Shown here piece by piece: positions 30,801 to 39,674 of a DNA stretch of 64,000 nt. The notes beneath the pieces were generated by a model. The model did not search any database, was not told where the DNA came from, and saw nothing but the letters and a program-made list of their open reading frames with translations. A program made the position numbers and the translations under genes. The stretch spans positions 128,001 through 192,000 of the forward strand of contig CAVSTP010000002.1 in NCBI GenBank assembly GCA_963730935.1, in the 5' to 3' direction. Every line of letters begins with the position of its first letter. Within the stretch, counting starts at the first letter, position 1. Source of the stretch: an uncultured Nitrospiraceae bacterium. GTDB taxonomy: Bacteria > Nitrospirota > Nitrospiria > Nitrospirales > Nitrospiraceae.

Positions 30801-31055
30801 CTGATGACGTCGCTGGCGACGGTGTTTGGATTACTGCCGATGGCGATTGGCTGGGGCACCGGTGGAGAAACCAATGCGCCGCTGGCCCGGGCGGTCGTAG
30901 GTGGGCTCAGCGCCTCCACGCTGCTGACCCTGTTTCTTGTGCCAACAATGTATCTGATTCTTGAAGAACGCTTTCCGCGGCGGGCGCCCGCGCAAGGGTC
31001 GACCGTATTTCAGGAGCTTCCCGCCGAAACGCCGCTCGTGCCGGCAAATCGCTAG
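27861..31055 (+). CDS. RND efflux permease (AcrB/AcrD/AcrF family)
   Basis: LPVDLFPNI, LVDDSIVELENI, RLRPILMTSLAT; 1064 aa. Confidence 0.95.
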   Translation: MWLTLLALRNRIGILMLSLAMIVLGATSLNRLPVDLFPNIQVPVAFVGVIYKGAPPLDIEQSVVYPIEKAVSSASNVEHVESFAKQGIGAVQIWFNWGADINVGQMEVMQRITQILNSLPPGILQPFIVKFDVSNIPVSFVTVSSDDLDERALYDLAFNTIAPQIEQIANVAAATVEGGKIRQININLDPALLNARGLSILDVVKAVKAANLILPSGDIKAGNLDYNVFTNNQFRTVEPIQDVIVKVNQQGNPVRVRDLGTVSDSSDIQTNVVRTDGKRAVYLRVNKQPIANTVEVVDALRAALPKMIGIPPGVQLGISFDQSVYIRQSINNLVEQALHGSLLAAAVILVFLRNLTSTVIISVAIPLSIMVTFIVLYFTGQTLNVFTLGGLALGIGRLVDDSIVELENIQRHLNTNPRRWDAILDAAREVAMPIFASTVTTVVVFLPIFFVVGIARLLLIPLTLTIAIALFTSFFVSRTVTPALCFKFLKPEHEAHRSMPRWFVRVMEWSRTRYESLDRGFEDSLRWVLGHRRRFIIGILVIFAASIALIPKIGTEFLPVSDESQFRIVLRAPVGQRVEKTEQQVAEVERMLRANIPAGELETIVSSTGVLAQGRSSLFNPNTGPHTSIISVYLTSPDKRSRNQVQIMNEVRPNIVKLFPGVAMFFDPGGLVKRVTSFGSQKSVDVEIYGYDFEKARDVIREVEGLMHRIDGLADIEVSREENYPEINVVVDREKAALLGISETDIANAVLFSLNGNGQTDPIIYTDPQNGNEYYISAWLAEEHRKDLTDLENIILTARNGEPVLLKNVASLKLNAGPVKIDRKYFQRVIHITANPLNRDLGAIAEDLEAGFAQLQLPTGFSIRLAGQIQQQRETFSGLLFATILALVLVYMVMAAQFKSLVDPFIIMFSVPMGFPGVILALFLTNTTLSTTSMMGIIMMLGIVVSNGVLLVDYTNVLRGKGLALHDAVVQAARIRLRPILMTSLATVFGLLPMAIGWGTGGETNAPLARAVVGGLSASTLLTLFLVPTMYLILEERFPRRAPAQGSTVFQELPAETPLVPANR

Positions 31056-31090
31056 GGCGGGACACGCGCAAGCGAAGGCCGCCGCCAGAG

Positions 31091-31426
31091 CTAACCGCTG
31101 ATGCTTGGAAACAGCGCTCGCAATTGCATGGCTAATCCCATGTCGCCACTGATCCTGATTCGTCCGGACATGGCTGCAGCGGGTCCGCTGAGCTCACCAT
31201 TTAGCACCCTCACGCAGTCTTCGCCGGCCATCGACAAGATCACGTGCGGATCCTCGTGCCGGCCTTCCTTCACCTGGCAGACCCCTTCGCGGATCGTCAC
31301 GACATACTGCCCGCCTTGTACTCCGCTCAAATCGAACTGATACACCGCATCCAAATCCTCCGCAGCTTCCGCATCGAGCTTGGAAGGCAAGTGTCTGAAA
31401 AATTCCTTGATGCCGGCAACGTTCAT
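31091..31426 (-). CDS. SCP2 sterol/lipid-binding domain protein
   Basis: YQFDLSG, AAAMSGRIRISGDMGLAMQL. Confidence 0.88.
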   Translation of the reverse strand: MNVAGIKEFFRHLPSKLDAEAAEDLDAVYQFDLSGVQGGQYVVTIREGVCQVKEGRHEDPHVILSMAGEDCVRVLNGELSGPAAAMSGRIRISGDMGLAMQLRALFPSISG

Positions 31427-31495
31427 GGTTGGGAAGCCAGAGGATGGTTGGGCACGGGAGCGGAGGATCCGCCGCTCCCATTGCCGTTTGTTTAG

Positions 31496-31939
31496 CTAAT
31501 AGCGAAGCGTGACGGTTGCGGTCGACCGCCGCGCACCGAAGAACTGCTTCGAAAATTCTTCCACAACCGCCGGGTCGTAGCCCTTGCAGCTGAAAATATC
31601 GAGATAGGCATTGTTGGTGTCGTTTGCAAAGTGGCCGCTGATCAGCGAGGTTGAGATCAATTGGACCATCGAATACCCTGCGACCCGCCCTGAGCCGAAG
31701 TCCACGACCTGACATTCGCCGAATCGCTGCATGTCGATGAGCTCGCAGAGCTCGACGACGTAGCGGCGGATATGGTCGGCATTGCGGATCAAGTCGGGAT
31801 GGCAGTCTTGCAGGTCAACGGCAGTGCACAATCCCCAGGCCTTCCCTTCTCCTACCATCTCCCGTACAGGGGTGGTTGAGGAAGCCGCTGGGGCACTCGA
31901 TGGCAAAATCGTCTCTTCGGAACCAACCGGGACGCTCAT
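31496..31939 (-). CDS. speD: Pyruvoyl-dependent S-adenosylmethionine decarboxylase-family proenzyme
   Basis: GYSMVQLISTSLISGHF and AYLDIFSC motifs; ATG 31939; substrate not certain. Confidence 0.7.
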   Translation of the reverse strand: MSVPVGSEETILPSSAPAASSTTPVREMVGEGKAWGLCTAVDLQDCHPDLIRNADHIRRYVVELCELIDMQRFGECQVVDFGSGRVAGYSMVQLISTSLISGHFANDTNNAYLDIFSCKGYDPAVVEEFSKQFFGARRSTATVTLRY

Positions 31940-32101
31940 AGGGCAGTCCGCCTTTCTGTGTGTGGGTGAGAAACACGGAGAAATTTTTTTCACTATACCA
32001 CGATTTTCTTCATCTGCATGAAAAGGAAGAAACTTTTTTTGCGAGACGGTTGCGAGGTGGTCGGTTGACAAGATTCTTGAGCCTCATGGAGAATGCCGGC
32101 C

Positions 32102-32287
32102 ATGACCGTCGGCTCCGAAGCGCCCTCCACCGATCTCCCCGACCGCCTCTGCACGTGGTGCAAGGTGCCCATGAAAAAACGGCTGGTCGCCAGCGGACAA
32201 TTTATTCATTACACCTGTCCGAAATGCATCTTCCAACACACGATGCGACGAGGGCCCAAGCCACCAGCCCCTGACCAGAAACATTGA
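32102..32287 (+). CDS. Small zinc-ribbon protein
   Basis: CTWC...YTCPKC; TTGACA-type promoter directly upstream; start 32093 or 32102. Confidence 0.6.
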   Translation: MTVGSEAPSTDLPDRLCTWCKVPMKKRLVASGQFIHYTCPKCIFQHTMRRGPKPPAPDQKH

Positions 32288-32338
32288 TGCCGCGATCCTT
32301 CGGGATTTGACAATGCCATCCCTTGTGAGAGCCGCCCT

Positions 32339-32707
32339 TTAGAGCTTTCCTTCAAGGCGCGAACGGATGTCCTCCATCCGGCGACGATTCACGCCCAGGT
32401 CCCCGTAGCCGGTTCGAGAGGCCGAGCGAAAATGGATCGCCTTGGCCTCGTCGTCGAAGAGAAATTCCACATCGTCGATGAACCGTAAGAGGAGGCTCGT
32501 AAATTCGTAATGGAGATAGGTGTCTTCCTCCTCGACCAGTCTTGTGCGTGGCAGGCCGGCAATCACCGTCTTCAATACAGCTTTCGCGTCCGACTTCGTC
32601 CTTGAAAATCGGTAGGGGGCGATCGCATGGCGACTGTCCTGCGACGGGGCCAGCGTCGACACACAGTTGGGGCTGTCCGGACACGAAGGCAGCGTACGAT
32701 GGGACAT
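32339..32707 (-). CDS. DUF1499 family protein
   Basis: CPDSPNCVST, FIDDVEF, RSASRTGYGDLGVNRRR. Confidence 0.9.
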   Translation of the reverse strand: MSHRTLPSCPDSPNCVSTLAPSQDSRHAIAPYRFSRTKSDAKAVLKTVIAGLPRTRLVEEEDTYLHYEFTSLLLRFIDDVEFLFDDEAKAIHFRSASRTGYGDLGVNRRRMEDIRSRLEGKL

Positions 32708-32771
32708 TGTCCAGGCACTTTACGCTGTCACCCCTACTGCCGCAAGCCGCTTCCGTCGCCCTCAGCTGGCG

Positions 32772-33881
32772 CTAATAGAAGATCGTCGTCAACTGCTGTG
32801 GGGAATCGTCTCGGATTTCCACCGTGACTGAGATTCGACCGATGATGCGTCCGTCCTCGGCTTCAAGATCCACCCGCCAATCGCCGGGATCGAGTTGCTG
32901 CTTGAAGGTGTAGGCTCGATAGCCTGCTTCCCGGCCGCCGGATATTTTTACGGGAATCTTGTCCGCGTGGGCGAACGGCTTGGTTTTGTGCGGGCGAAAA
33001 TACCAATGGTGGTAGACGGTCGTGTTCAGCGCGACGGGTGCAAAGACGGCGGTGAAACAGTAGATCGGCTCGTGAGCCGGGAACGTCGTGTCCGATCGTA
33101 TCCAGGCTTGATACCATTTGCGTTCGAACGACAACTCAAACCGGTCGTCCGATTTTTTGACTTCATGGTAGATTCCGCCGAATTTCATCGAGAGCGGCAC
33201 AGGAGGAATCCAGTTTAGGAAATAGAAGCCGACCAAGAGACCGATCAAGGCGAAGGCCGGAACCGTCACCCCGAATGCCTCCCGTCTGGATCGATCCGGA
33301 TTGTTGCGGTAGATCAGCTGGACGACCCGAAATGTCACCGCGGCGCTCAACACCGCTCCCGCAAGAAACACCAGTACATTCATAAAGCCGGTCATGACGG
33401 GAAGGAAGAAAGTAAAAAACCCGAAGCACACGAGCGCATACAGGCTAATCAGCAAGCGAAGGTTCGAAAGACGGTCCCGGAGAAACTCATTCCCGACGAG
33501 CAACAGCACCAGCACTCCAAAAAACACCGCCGTACCGGTCAGCGTGGCGCTCCGAGAATAGAACACCGCGTAGGCGCTGAACAGGCCGCCCAACAGAAAC
33601 TGGCTCACCATGGGATAGTAGGGTCGACTACGAAGGAGCCAACGCATAAAGGGCGAAAGCGACGTGAGTTGTGCGCGGTCGGGAGGCGGCTCGATGCCGA
33701 TTCTTCCGGTCAGGACGATGAGTACTCCGAGCAGCAACAGATAGACCAGCAGGAGCAAATTGTCTTGAAGACGGTCGATCCGCGTCAGCGTGACGGTGTC
33801 ATAGGTCACACCTGAAAAGAAAAAGACTGCGGGCATGAACGGTTTGGAGAGAATCGTCTGAATTCGGGCCAGCGGGCTCAT
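32772..33881 (-). CDS. DUF2914 domain membrane protein
   Basis: Multi-TM N-terminus; IPPVPL; FTAVFAP; GGREAGYRAYTFK..PGDWRV. Confidence 0.8.
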   Translation of the reverse strand: MSPLARIQTILSKPFMPAVFFFSGVTYDTVTLTRIDRLQDNLLLLVYLLLLGVLIVLTGRIGIEPPPDRAQLTSLSPFMRWLLRSRPYYPMVSQFLLGGLFSAYAVFYSRSATLTGTAVFFGVLVLLLVGNEFLRDRLSNLRLLISLYALVCFGFFTFFLPVMTGFMNVLVFLAGAVLSAAVTFRVVQLIYRNNPDRSRREAFGVTVPAFALIGLLVGFYFLNWIPPVPLSMKFGGIYHEVKKSDDRFELSFERKWYQAWIRSDTTFPAHEPIYCFTAVFAPVALNTTVYHHWYFRPHKTKPFAHADKIPVKISGGREAGYRAYTFKQQLDPGDWRVDLEAEDGRIIGRISVTVEIRDDSPQQLTTIFY

Positions 33882-33953
33882 GCCCTCACTGTGCTGAAAT
33901 CGAAGCGTTTGAGCAACAAAAATGAGACTTGGGGATAGAGAATGCGCAGTCTG

Positions 33954-35015
33954 CTAGACGAAGGCGGGAAGCGGCGCATACACGACCGGCTGTCCAATCA
34001 GGCGCTCCAACCATCCGGCCATCAACTCTTCCTTTAACGGGGCCTTATTCAATCGCGCTTCGATCGCGAAGCCTGCGCGTGAACCGACGATGCCGATAAT
34101 GGCCGACGCGTCTTCTCCCTCCGGAAGCAACTCCTGCGTTTGAAACTCACATAAGGTGGCATACAGCCGCCCGTCCGGTTCGATGGCCGATCTGATTTCG
34201 GGTAAATCATCCAGGGGGCAATGCACGGAACACCGATAGGCGAACCGAGCGGGAGGCTCGATAGTGGCAAATTCGCGGAGAGCTTCTTCAGAGAATCCGG
34301 TCAGGTACGTGCGCAGCCCTGCGGGTTCGGGCGCATAGGTGGCCGCCAGTTGACTGGCGGGGACGAGGAATTCATAGGCATCCGACGTGTTGTATTCGAA
34401 CTGACAAGGACCAAAGGCATCCGGCCAGGAGCAGAAAAACGGCACGGATGGATCGTTTGGACGAAGCACGAGCTGCCCTTTTTCGATCGCCGTATCGATG
34501 GGAAGCCCGACGGTGGTAATGGCCTCCAGAAAGGCGGTGCGTCGCTCCTCCAACCAGAGGTCGCGTTGAGCATCGTCGCGTGTCTCTCCTGGCGTGACGA
34601 CCTCCCGCGTTTGAAGCCGGACGCGGAGGAACGAATGGGCATGGCGGAATCCCAGCCAGAGCATGCCGCGGTTCTCATGCAGGATCATGCGCTCGCGGAT
34701 GCGCCATGGATGGCTGATCGAGCAGTATGTGCCGACGTCTTGAAAGTGCAGGTAGGCGGTATGGTATGCCCCGGTAAGGAGAAAAAAATCTCCGCGCCAG
34801 CCGTCGCGGACGTGCACCAGTGTCACGTCCTCCGTCGACCAGGCATCCAAACCGTCGAAGTCTTCGGTCGCCTCGACCGTCCATTCCTCAACATAGCAGA
34901 TGACATCTCTTGCCGGAACCGCCGGCTTCAATCCCAAAGCAGCGAGGCGTTCGCCGACCGCCAGTACCTCGTTGAACGTCATTGGAGGGTGAGTTTCCCA
35001 GCGGCGCTCACGCAC
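33954..35015 (-). CDS. Hypothetical protein
   Basis: 353-aa ORF with GGAGAG SD, collinear with neighbours; no motif recognised. Confidence 0.7.
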   Translation of the reverse strand: MRERRWETHPPMTFNEVLAVGERLAALGLKPAVPARDVICYVEEWTVEATEDFDGLDAWSTEDVTLVHVRDGWRGDFFLLTGAYHTAYLHFQDVGTYCSISHPWRIRERMILHENRGMLWLGFRHAHSFLRVRLQTREVVTPGETRDDAQRDLWLEERRTAFLEAITTVGLPIDTAIEKGQLVLRPNDPSVPFFCSWPDAFGPCQFEYNTSDAYEFLVPASQLAATYAPEPAGLRTYLTGFSEEALREFATIEPPARFAYRCSVHCPLDDLPEIRSAIEPDGRLYATLCEFQTQELLPEGEDASAIIGIVGSRAGFAIEARLNKAPLKEELMAGWLERLIGQPVVYAPLPAFV

Positions 35016-35038
35016 GTTGTCTCTCCGCTTGAGGCGAT

Positions 35039-35686
35039 TTACCGGCCCGGACGCACCGCGCGTTGGGAAATCGTCGTGTCAGCCAGGTAGCGATCGACGG
35101 TATCTTTGACGTTCGCGCTCATGAGACGCTTCACGTCGTCTTCCGAAAACCACACCACCGTATCCGAGTGGGCGCCTTCCAGGCTCCGGCTTGTGCTGCT
35201 GTGGTCAACGTTATTGCGTGCGGTAATGGTCAATTTGTTGCTCGTCGTGATGTAGGTAGAAAAGAGCCGGCTCTTGGCGTTCGCCGCAAATTCGAAGATC
35301 TGCCCGCTGATCACAATGTCGGCGTTCGGCATGGAACCGGCCGGAGCCACCCGCACGTCCCAGGATCGATCCAACCATCCTGCCGCTCGCAGGCGGTCGG
35401 CCAGCGCCTGGGCATAGACCGCGCCGGGCTTCTCGCCCACCACGTTGAAATACGTCGTCCCTCCCCACAGGTGTGTACGCATTCCAATCCGCTGCTTGTC
35501 GGCACGCCGGTCCTCAAAGGGTTCGATGACGATCTTGAGGCCTTCAGGCTCCGCTTGCTGCACGGGCTGCTGCTGCGGAAGTACGTCGAAATGAACGGTC
35601 TGGCCGCTCCCACCGCAACCAGCTGTAGTCATGAGCCCGACCGATAGCAAGACCACAAGGCCCACTCGCACGAACGAATCTCTCAC
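35039..35686 (-). CDS. Uncharacterised lipoprotein (YajG-like)
   Basis: TAGC lipobox; IEPFEDRR; AAGGAGG SD. Confidence 0.7.
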   Translation of the reverse strand: MRDSFVRVGLVVLLSVGLMTTAGCGGSGQTVHFDVLPQQQPVQQAEPEGLKIVIEPFEDRRADKQRIGMRTHLWGGTTYFNVVGEKPGAVYAQALADRLRAAGWLDRSWDVRVAPAGSMPNADIVISGQIFEFAANAKSRLFSTYITTSNKLTITARNNVDHSSTSRSLEGAHSDTVVWFSEDDVKRLMSANVKDTVDRYLADTTISQRAVRPGR

Positions 35687-35747
35687 GATGCCCTCCTTGG
35701 CAAGTTAAAACGCGAGGTAGTCTACCGAAATCCCGCCGGCCGTACAA

Positions 35748-36368
35748 TTACAGGGTGACGATGGGCAGCATGGCCCGGAACACGTCCCGGCTCAGTTCCG
35801 CCAGCGCTCCGCTCTGCACTCGCGGATCGCCCAAATGGAGAAACCGGATGATTTTGAGGAACGACCGCTCGGCAACCACTGCGGCAATTTGCGCCTTCCG
35901 ATCATGTGTAATCGGCAGTGTAAACCCCTCGCCCCGCTTCCATTCCCACAGTGTCGGCGCGAGGGACAGCTCTAAGTCCTGCCCTGCAACCGTATGGAAC
36001 CGGTCCACCAGACACTTCTTGTACTGCCGCATCAAAGTCCCTTCCAGGATCCAGGCCCATGCCACATGATGGCCCCACCAGAACAGCGTACGGAACGTGC
36101 GCTTTTCCGTGCCTCGAAAATGTTTGGGACAATCGAGATACTGGTAGGGGAAAAACTCCAGATTCTCGCCCTTGACAAGTTGCACACTGGCCGAATCGTA
36201 GTCAGGCAATTCTGGTAAGGCGCTGTTGGTGAGCTCCTCCCTCAATGCCTGGCGGGTCACTTCCAATTGGGCGCGGATTTTTTCGCTGATTCTTGCTTTT
36301 CTCTCAAAGAAAGCCGCATCGGTCAACAACGCGGTTTCCTCATCTGTAAACGAGAGGCGGTCAACCAT
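35748..36368 (-). CDS. Hypothetical protein
   Basis: 206 aa; KGENLEFFPYQYLDCP..F....FRTLFWWG looks like a conserved block. Confidence 0.7.
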   Translation of the reverse strand: MVDRLSFTDEETALLTDAAFFERKARISEKIRAQLEVTRQALREELTNSALPELPDYDSASVQLVKGENLEFFPYQYLDCPKHFRGTEKRTFRTLFWWGHHVAWAWILEGTLMRQYKKCLVDRFHTVAGQDLELSLAPTLWEWKRGEGFTLPITHDRKAQIAAVVAERSFLKIIRFLHLGDPRVQSGALAELSRDVFRAMLPIVTL

Positions 36369-36455
36369 GTTCCAGCCGTGCTTCCAAGCGCGTTCCTATT
36401 GATGAGGATCGGCGGACCGCATCGTTGCGGGTCAGCAACCCAGATCTCAGGAGGC

Positions 36456-36830
36456 TCATTTCTGATGTGTCTCGAACGCAGTGACGGCCACTGCATAGTG
36501 TCGGCGACATTCGGCACAACGGAGGATCGCGAGGTCTTCGAACACATCCATCTCGCGCAACGACAAGGCCGCCGCATGGGCTTCGAGGCAGTTTGCCAGG
36601 CAGGCCTGTGCGTCAGGCCGAGCCTCGGATGCATCCGTTGATGCTCCCGATTCTTCGGAGGCGGAAGGGCCAAAGACGACAGAACCCATGGTGACATAAT
36701 GGGCAAACCGGCAAGCCGTGCAGGCCAAGGCGAGCTGGTTGTCGCCCGTGATCCGCTTCACAGAAAGGCAGAGCGGATGCGCAGACCAACACTGTTGGAG
36801 AAATGCCCCGCTTCGAAACACCTGCCCCAT
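36456..36830 (-). CDS. Cys/His-rich protein with an internal duplication (putative Zn-binding)
   Basis: Two repeats of Cx3H...CxxCR. Confidence 0.7.
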   Translation of the reverse strand: MGQVFRSGAFLQQCWSAHPLCLSVKRITGDNQLALACTACRFAHYVTMGSVVFGPSASEESGASTDASEARPDAQACLANCLEAHAAALSLREMDVFEDLAILRCAECRRHYAVAVTAFETHQK

Positions 36831-36842
36831 CGCGTACGACCC

Positions 36843-37178
36843 TTACAGTTTCCAGAGCGCGAACATGAGGATCGCGCCGATCGCGTAGGGAATCACGCAT
36901 GCGTACAGCACCGCGGAGCGCGCTTGCTCTCCTGATCCGGTGGTTTCGGCCTGCTCCTTGTAGACGAACTCGTAGGAGAGAACGAGCAGCGTGAGCGTGA
37001 GCGCCAACACCCGACTGGTCCTTGGCCAGGTATACTGGCCGCTGACGAGAAAGTTGGCAGTGAAGAATCCGCTGACCGCGAGGATCGTCGGCGCCACGAC
37101 GTACCGGATGCTGTGGGCAAACACATGATGCCGACGGGGAGCAGTTTGCGGAGAGTCTGTCAGGGGGTCGGAAGTCAC
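36843..37178 (-). CDS. Small 3-TM membrane protein
   Basis: Three hydrophobic segments; start overlaps the stop of the upstream ORF (GTGA). Confidence 0.7.
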   Translation of the reverse strand: MTSDPLTDSPQTAPRRHHVFAHSIRYVVAPTILAVSGFFTANFLVSGQYTWPRTSRVLALTLTLLVLSYEFVYKEQAETTGSGEQARSAVLYACVIPYAIGAILMFALWKL

Positions 37179-37453
37179 GAGCCGACGACGACGGCAGAAT
37201 CAACTTGATGGGGCACAGGAGCCTGAGCCGCGCGGCAGGTCTTACAGACGCGGGGCCGGGCCTTGAGGAACGAGAATTTTCCGCTCGCTAGACAACTATA
37301 ATGCACGAATTCGTCGCACACGGTGCAACGGGACCAGCCGCCGCGGAACATCGTCTTATCCCGATACAGGCCCTGCTTGCAGACTTTGCAATTTCGAGGC
37401 TCGATCGGAAGCAGCATCGGCTCCCAATCACCACCAGCTTTCCTTATGCTCAT
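37175..37453 (-). CDS. FYVE/PHD-like C4HC3 zinc-finger protein
   Basis: C-x2-C-x17-C-x2-C-x4-H-x2-C-x15-C-x2-C; ATG 37453 lies 8 nt after TATACT. Confidence 0.7.
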   Translation of the reverse strand: MSIRKAGGDWEPMLLPIEPRNCKVCKQGLYRDKTMFRGGWSRCTVCDEFVHYSCLASGKFSFLKARPRVCKTCRAAQAPVPHQVDSAVVVGS

Positions 37454-37643
37454 GGGACGGTAGTATAACGAGCCCGACTCGTCAAAAACAAGAAGCCACA
37501 CGCGCGCGTCTCGCGCTAGCGAGCATTGTTCGAAGTTCCGTTCTGACGAAGTCACGGATGGAACAAGTTGCGGAGTCAAGCGGCGAGGGCCTATGTGATT
37601 TCAATAAGCATCGCTGGAGCAAAGGACCAGCCTCCGCTCGTGT

Positions 37644-37672
37644 TTGACACCCTATAGACCGTTTGCTACTCT
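37644..37672 (+). promoter_or_regulatory. sigma70 promoter of ispA-hpnA
   Basis: TTGACA-17-TACTCT with an extended TG. Confidence 0.6.
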
Positions 37673-37707
37673 TCGGTTCTTTTTCCCTCAGCAGGACGTG
37701 ATTTTCC

Positions 37708-38598
37708 ATGAACATCAATGACTATTTGGAACAGAAACGTGTTGCGGTGGACCGCTTCTTGGACGAAGTGGCTCCCTCCGCCGGCACCCCACCGGTCACG
37801 CTTCACGAAAGCATGCGGTATAGCCTCCTGGCCGGAGGCAAACGCGTCAGACCGATTCTGACCATTGCGGCCGCTGAAGCCTTGGGACCGCCGCCGCCTG
37901 GTTTGATGGCAGTGGCCTGTTCACTGGAACTAATCCACACCTACTCGCTGATTCACGATGACCTGCCCTCCATGGACAATGATGACTTTCGACGCGGAAA
38001 ACCGACGAATCACAAAGTGTACGGGGAAGCCATGGCGATTTTGGCCGGTGATGCGTTGCTGACCATGGCCTTCGATCTGATCAGCCGTCCGGACTTGATG
38101 AAAGGCTGCGATCCTGGTCGTCAGGTGCGAATTCTCCAGGAGCTGGCGTTCGGTTCCGGCAATGTGGGGATGGTCGGTGGACAGGTCTTCGACATTCAGG
38201 CGGAACACAAGGACATCGATTTGACCGCCCTTCAGAACATCCATAAGCACAAGACCGGCATGTTGATTCGGGCTGCCGTACGTATGGGCGCCATTGCAGG
38301 CGGCGCCAACGACCGCCAGCTGGACGACATGACCGGGTACGCGGAAGATATTGGCCTGGCTTTTCAGATCGCCGACGATGTGCTGAATGTGACGGGAACC
38401 CGGGAGGAGCTCGGCAAGAATCCGAATACCGACGCCGAGCGCGGCAAGAAAACCTATCCGACGTTCTATGGCGTCGAGGGCGCCAAACGACTGGCGGACG
38501 AGTGTGTCGCCCGGGCCATTGCCCGTCTCGGTTCCCTCGGTCCCTCCGCCGATCCGCTGCGCGAACTGGCTCGGTACATCACCGCACGGAAGAATTAG
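37708..38598 (+). CDS. ispA: Farnesyl/geranylgeranyl diphosphate synthase
   Basis: GGKRVRP, LIHDDLPSMDNDDFRRGKPT, FQIADDVL. Confidence 0.93.
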   Translation: MNINDYLEQKRVAVDRFLDEVAPSAGTPPVTLHESMRYSLLAGGKRVRPILTIAAAEALGPPPPGLMAVACSLELIHTYSLIHDDLPSMDNDDFRRGKPTNHKVYGEAMAILAGDALLTMAFDLISRPDLMKGCDPGRQVRILQELAFGSGNVGMVGGQVFDIQAEHKDIDLTALQNIHKHKTGMLIRAAVRMGAIAGGANDRQLDDMTGYAEDIGLAFQIADDVLNVTGTREELGKNPNTDAERGKKTYPTFYGVEGAKRLADECVARAIARLGSLGPSADPLRELARYITARKN

Positions 38599-38619
38599 CG
38601 CGATGAGTGATGGGTGACC

Positions 38620-39603
38620 ATGAAGGCCCTCGTCACCGGCGCGACCGGGTTTGTCGGGGGAGCCGTCGCGCGCGCGCTCATCCGAGCCGGTGTTGATGTC
38701 CGCGTCCTGGCTCGCTCGCAGTCGGATACTCAAAATCTCTCCGGCCTTCCTGTCGAACGGGTTGAAGGCGATTTGCTCAACCCCGCCTCGCTACGAACGG
38801 CCTTGGCAGGATGCCAGGAGCTGTATCATGTCGCCGCATACTATGCGCTGTGGGCCAAGGATCCCTCCATCTTTTACGACATCAACGTGACCGGTACCCG
38901 TAACGTGCTCGCCGCCGCCCGCCTGGCGGGAATTCAGCGCACCGTATACTGCAGCACGATCGGGGCGATCGGGTTGCCTGCCGACGGCGGATTGGGCACG
39001 GAGAACACCCCGGTGTCGCTAGACCAGATGGCCGGCCACTACAAACGATCAAAGTATCTGGCCGAGCAGGAAGTGCTGAAGTTCGCCAGCGAAGGCCTGC
39101 CGGTGGTGATCGTCAACCCCAGCGCCCCGGTCGGCGCGGGAGATGTGAAACCGACGCCGACGGGTCAAGTGATCGTGGATTTCATGAAGGGCCGGATGCC
39201 CGCCTACATTGAAACCGGCTTGAACATCGTAGACGTCGATGACGTCGCCGCAGGACATCTCCTGGCCATGAAGAAAGGCCGCCAGGGCGAACGCTACATC
39301 TTGGGATGCAGGAATCTGATGCTGAAGGACGTCTTCGACATTCTCAGCTGGCTGACCGGCATCAAAGCCCCTTCGCTCCGGCTGCCTCGCTCAGTTGTGC
39401 TGCCTCTCGCCTATGTGAACCAATGGATCGCCAACCTTACGGGACAACCACCGCGTATTCCGTTGGAAGGGGTCAAGATGGCCAAGTACCGCATGCACTA
39501 TGACTGCGGCAAGGCAATCCGTGAACTCGGGATTCCACAGACACCTCCTGAAGCGGCGCTTGAAAAGGCGGTGCAATGGTTTCGGTCCCACGGCTATGCC
39601 TAA
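38620..39603 (+). CDS. hpnA: Hopanoid-associated sugar epimerase (extended SDR)
   Basis: LVTGATGFVG, HVAAYYALW, GHYKRSK, GDVKPTPTG, DFMKGRMPAY, GLNIVDV. Confidence 0.88.
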   Translation: MKALVTGATGFVGGAVARALIRAGVDVRVLARSQSDTQNLSGLPVERVEGDLLNPASLRTALAGCQELYHVAAYYALWAKDPSIFYDINVTGTRNVLAAARLAGIQRTVYCSTIGAIGLPADGGLGTENTPVSLDQMAGHYKRSKYLAEQEVLKFASEGLPVVIVNPSAPVGAGDVKPTPTGQVIVDFMKGRMPAYIETGLNIVDVDDVAAGHLLAMKKGRQGERYILGCRNLMLKDVFDILSWLTGIKAPSLRLPRSVVLPLAYVNQWIANLTGQPPRIPLEGVKMAKYRMHYDCGKAIRELGIPQTPPEAALEKAVQWFRSHGYA

Positions 39604-39674
39604 CCCGGAGGCTGAACGAAACCGGCTTCAGGTAGCAATCGGGATCATGGAGTTTGTATAGTGATGAGCGGGGT

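Noticed and set aside
39604..39660. sigma54 or ECF promoter ahead of the cytochrome c gene
   Set aside because: GG-GC spacing is 9 rather than 10, and the TGAAC-type match is too weak to call
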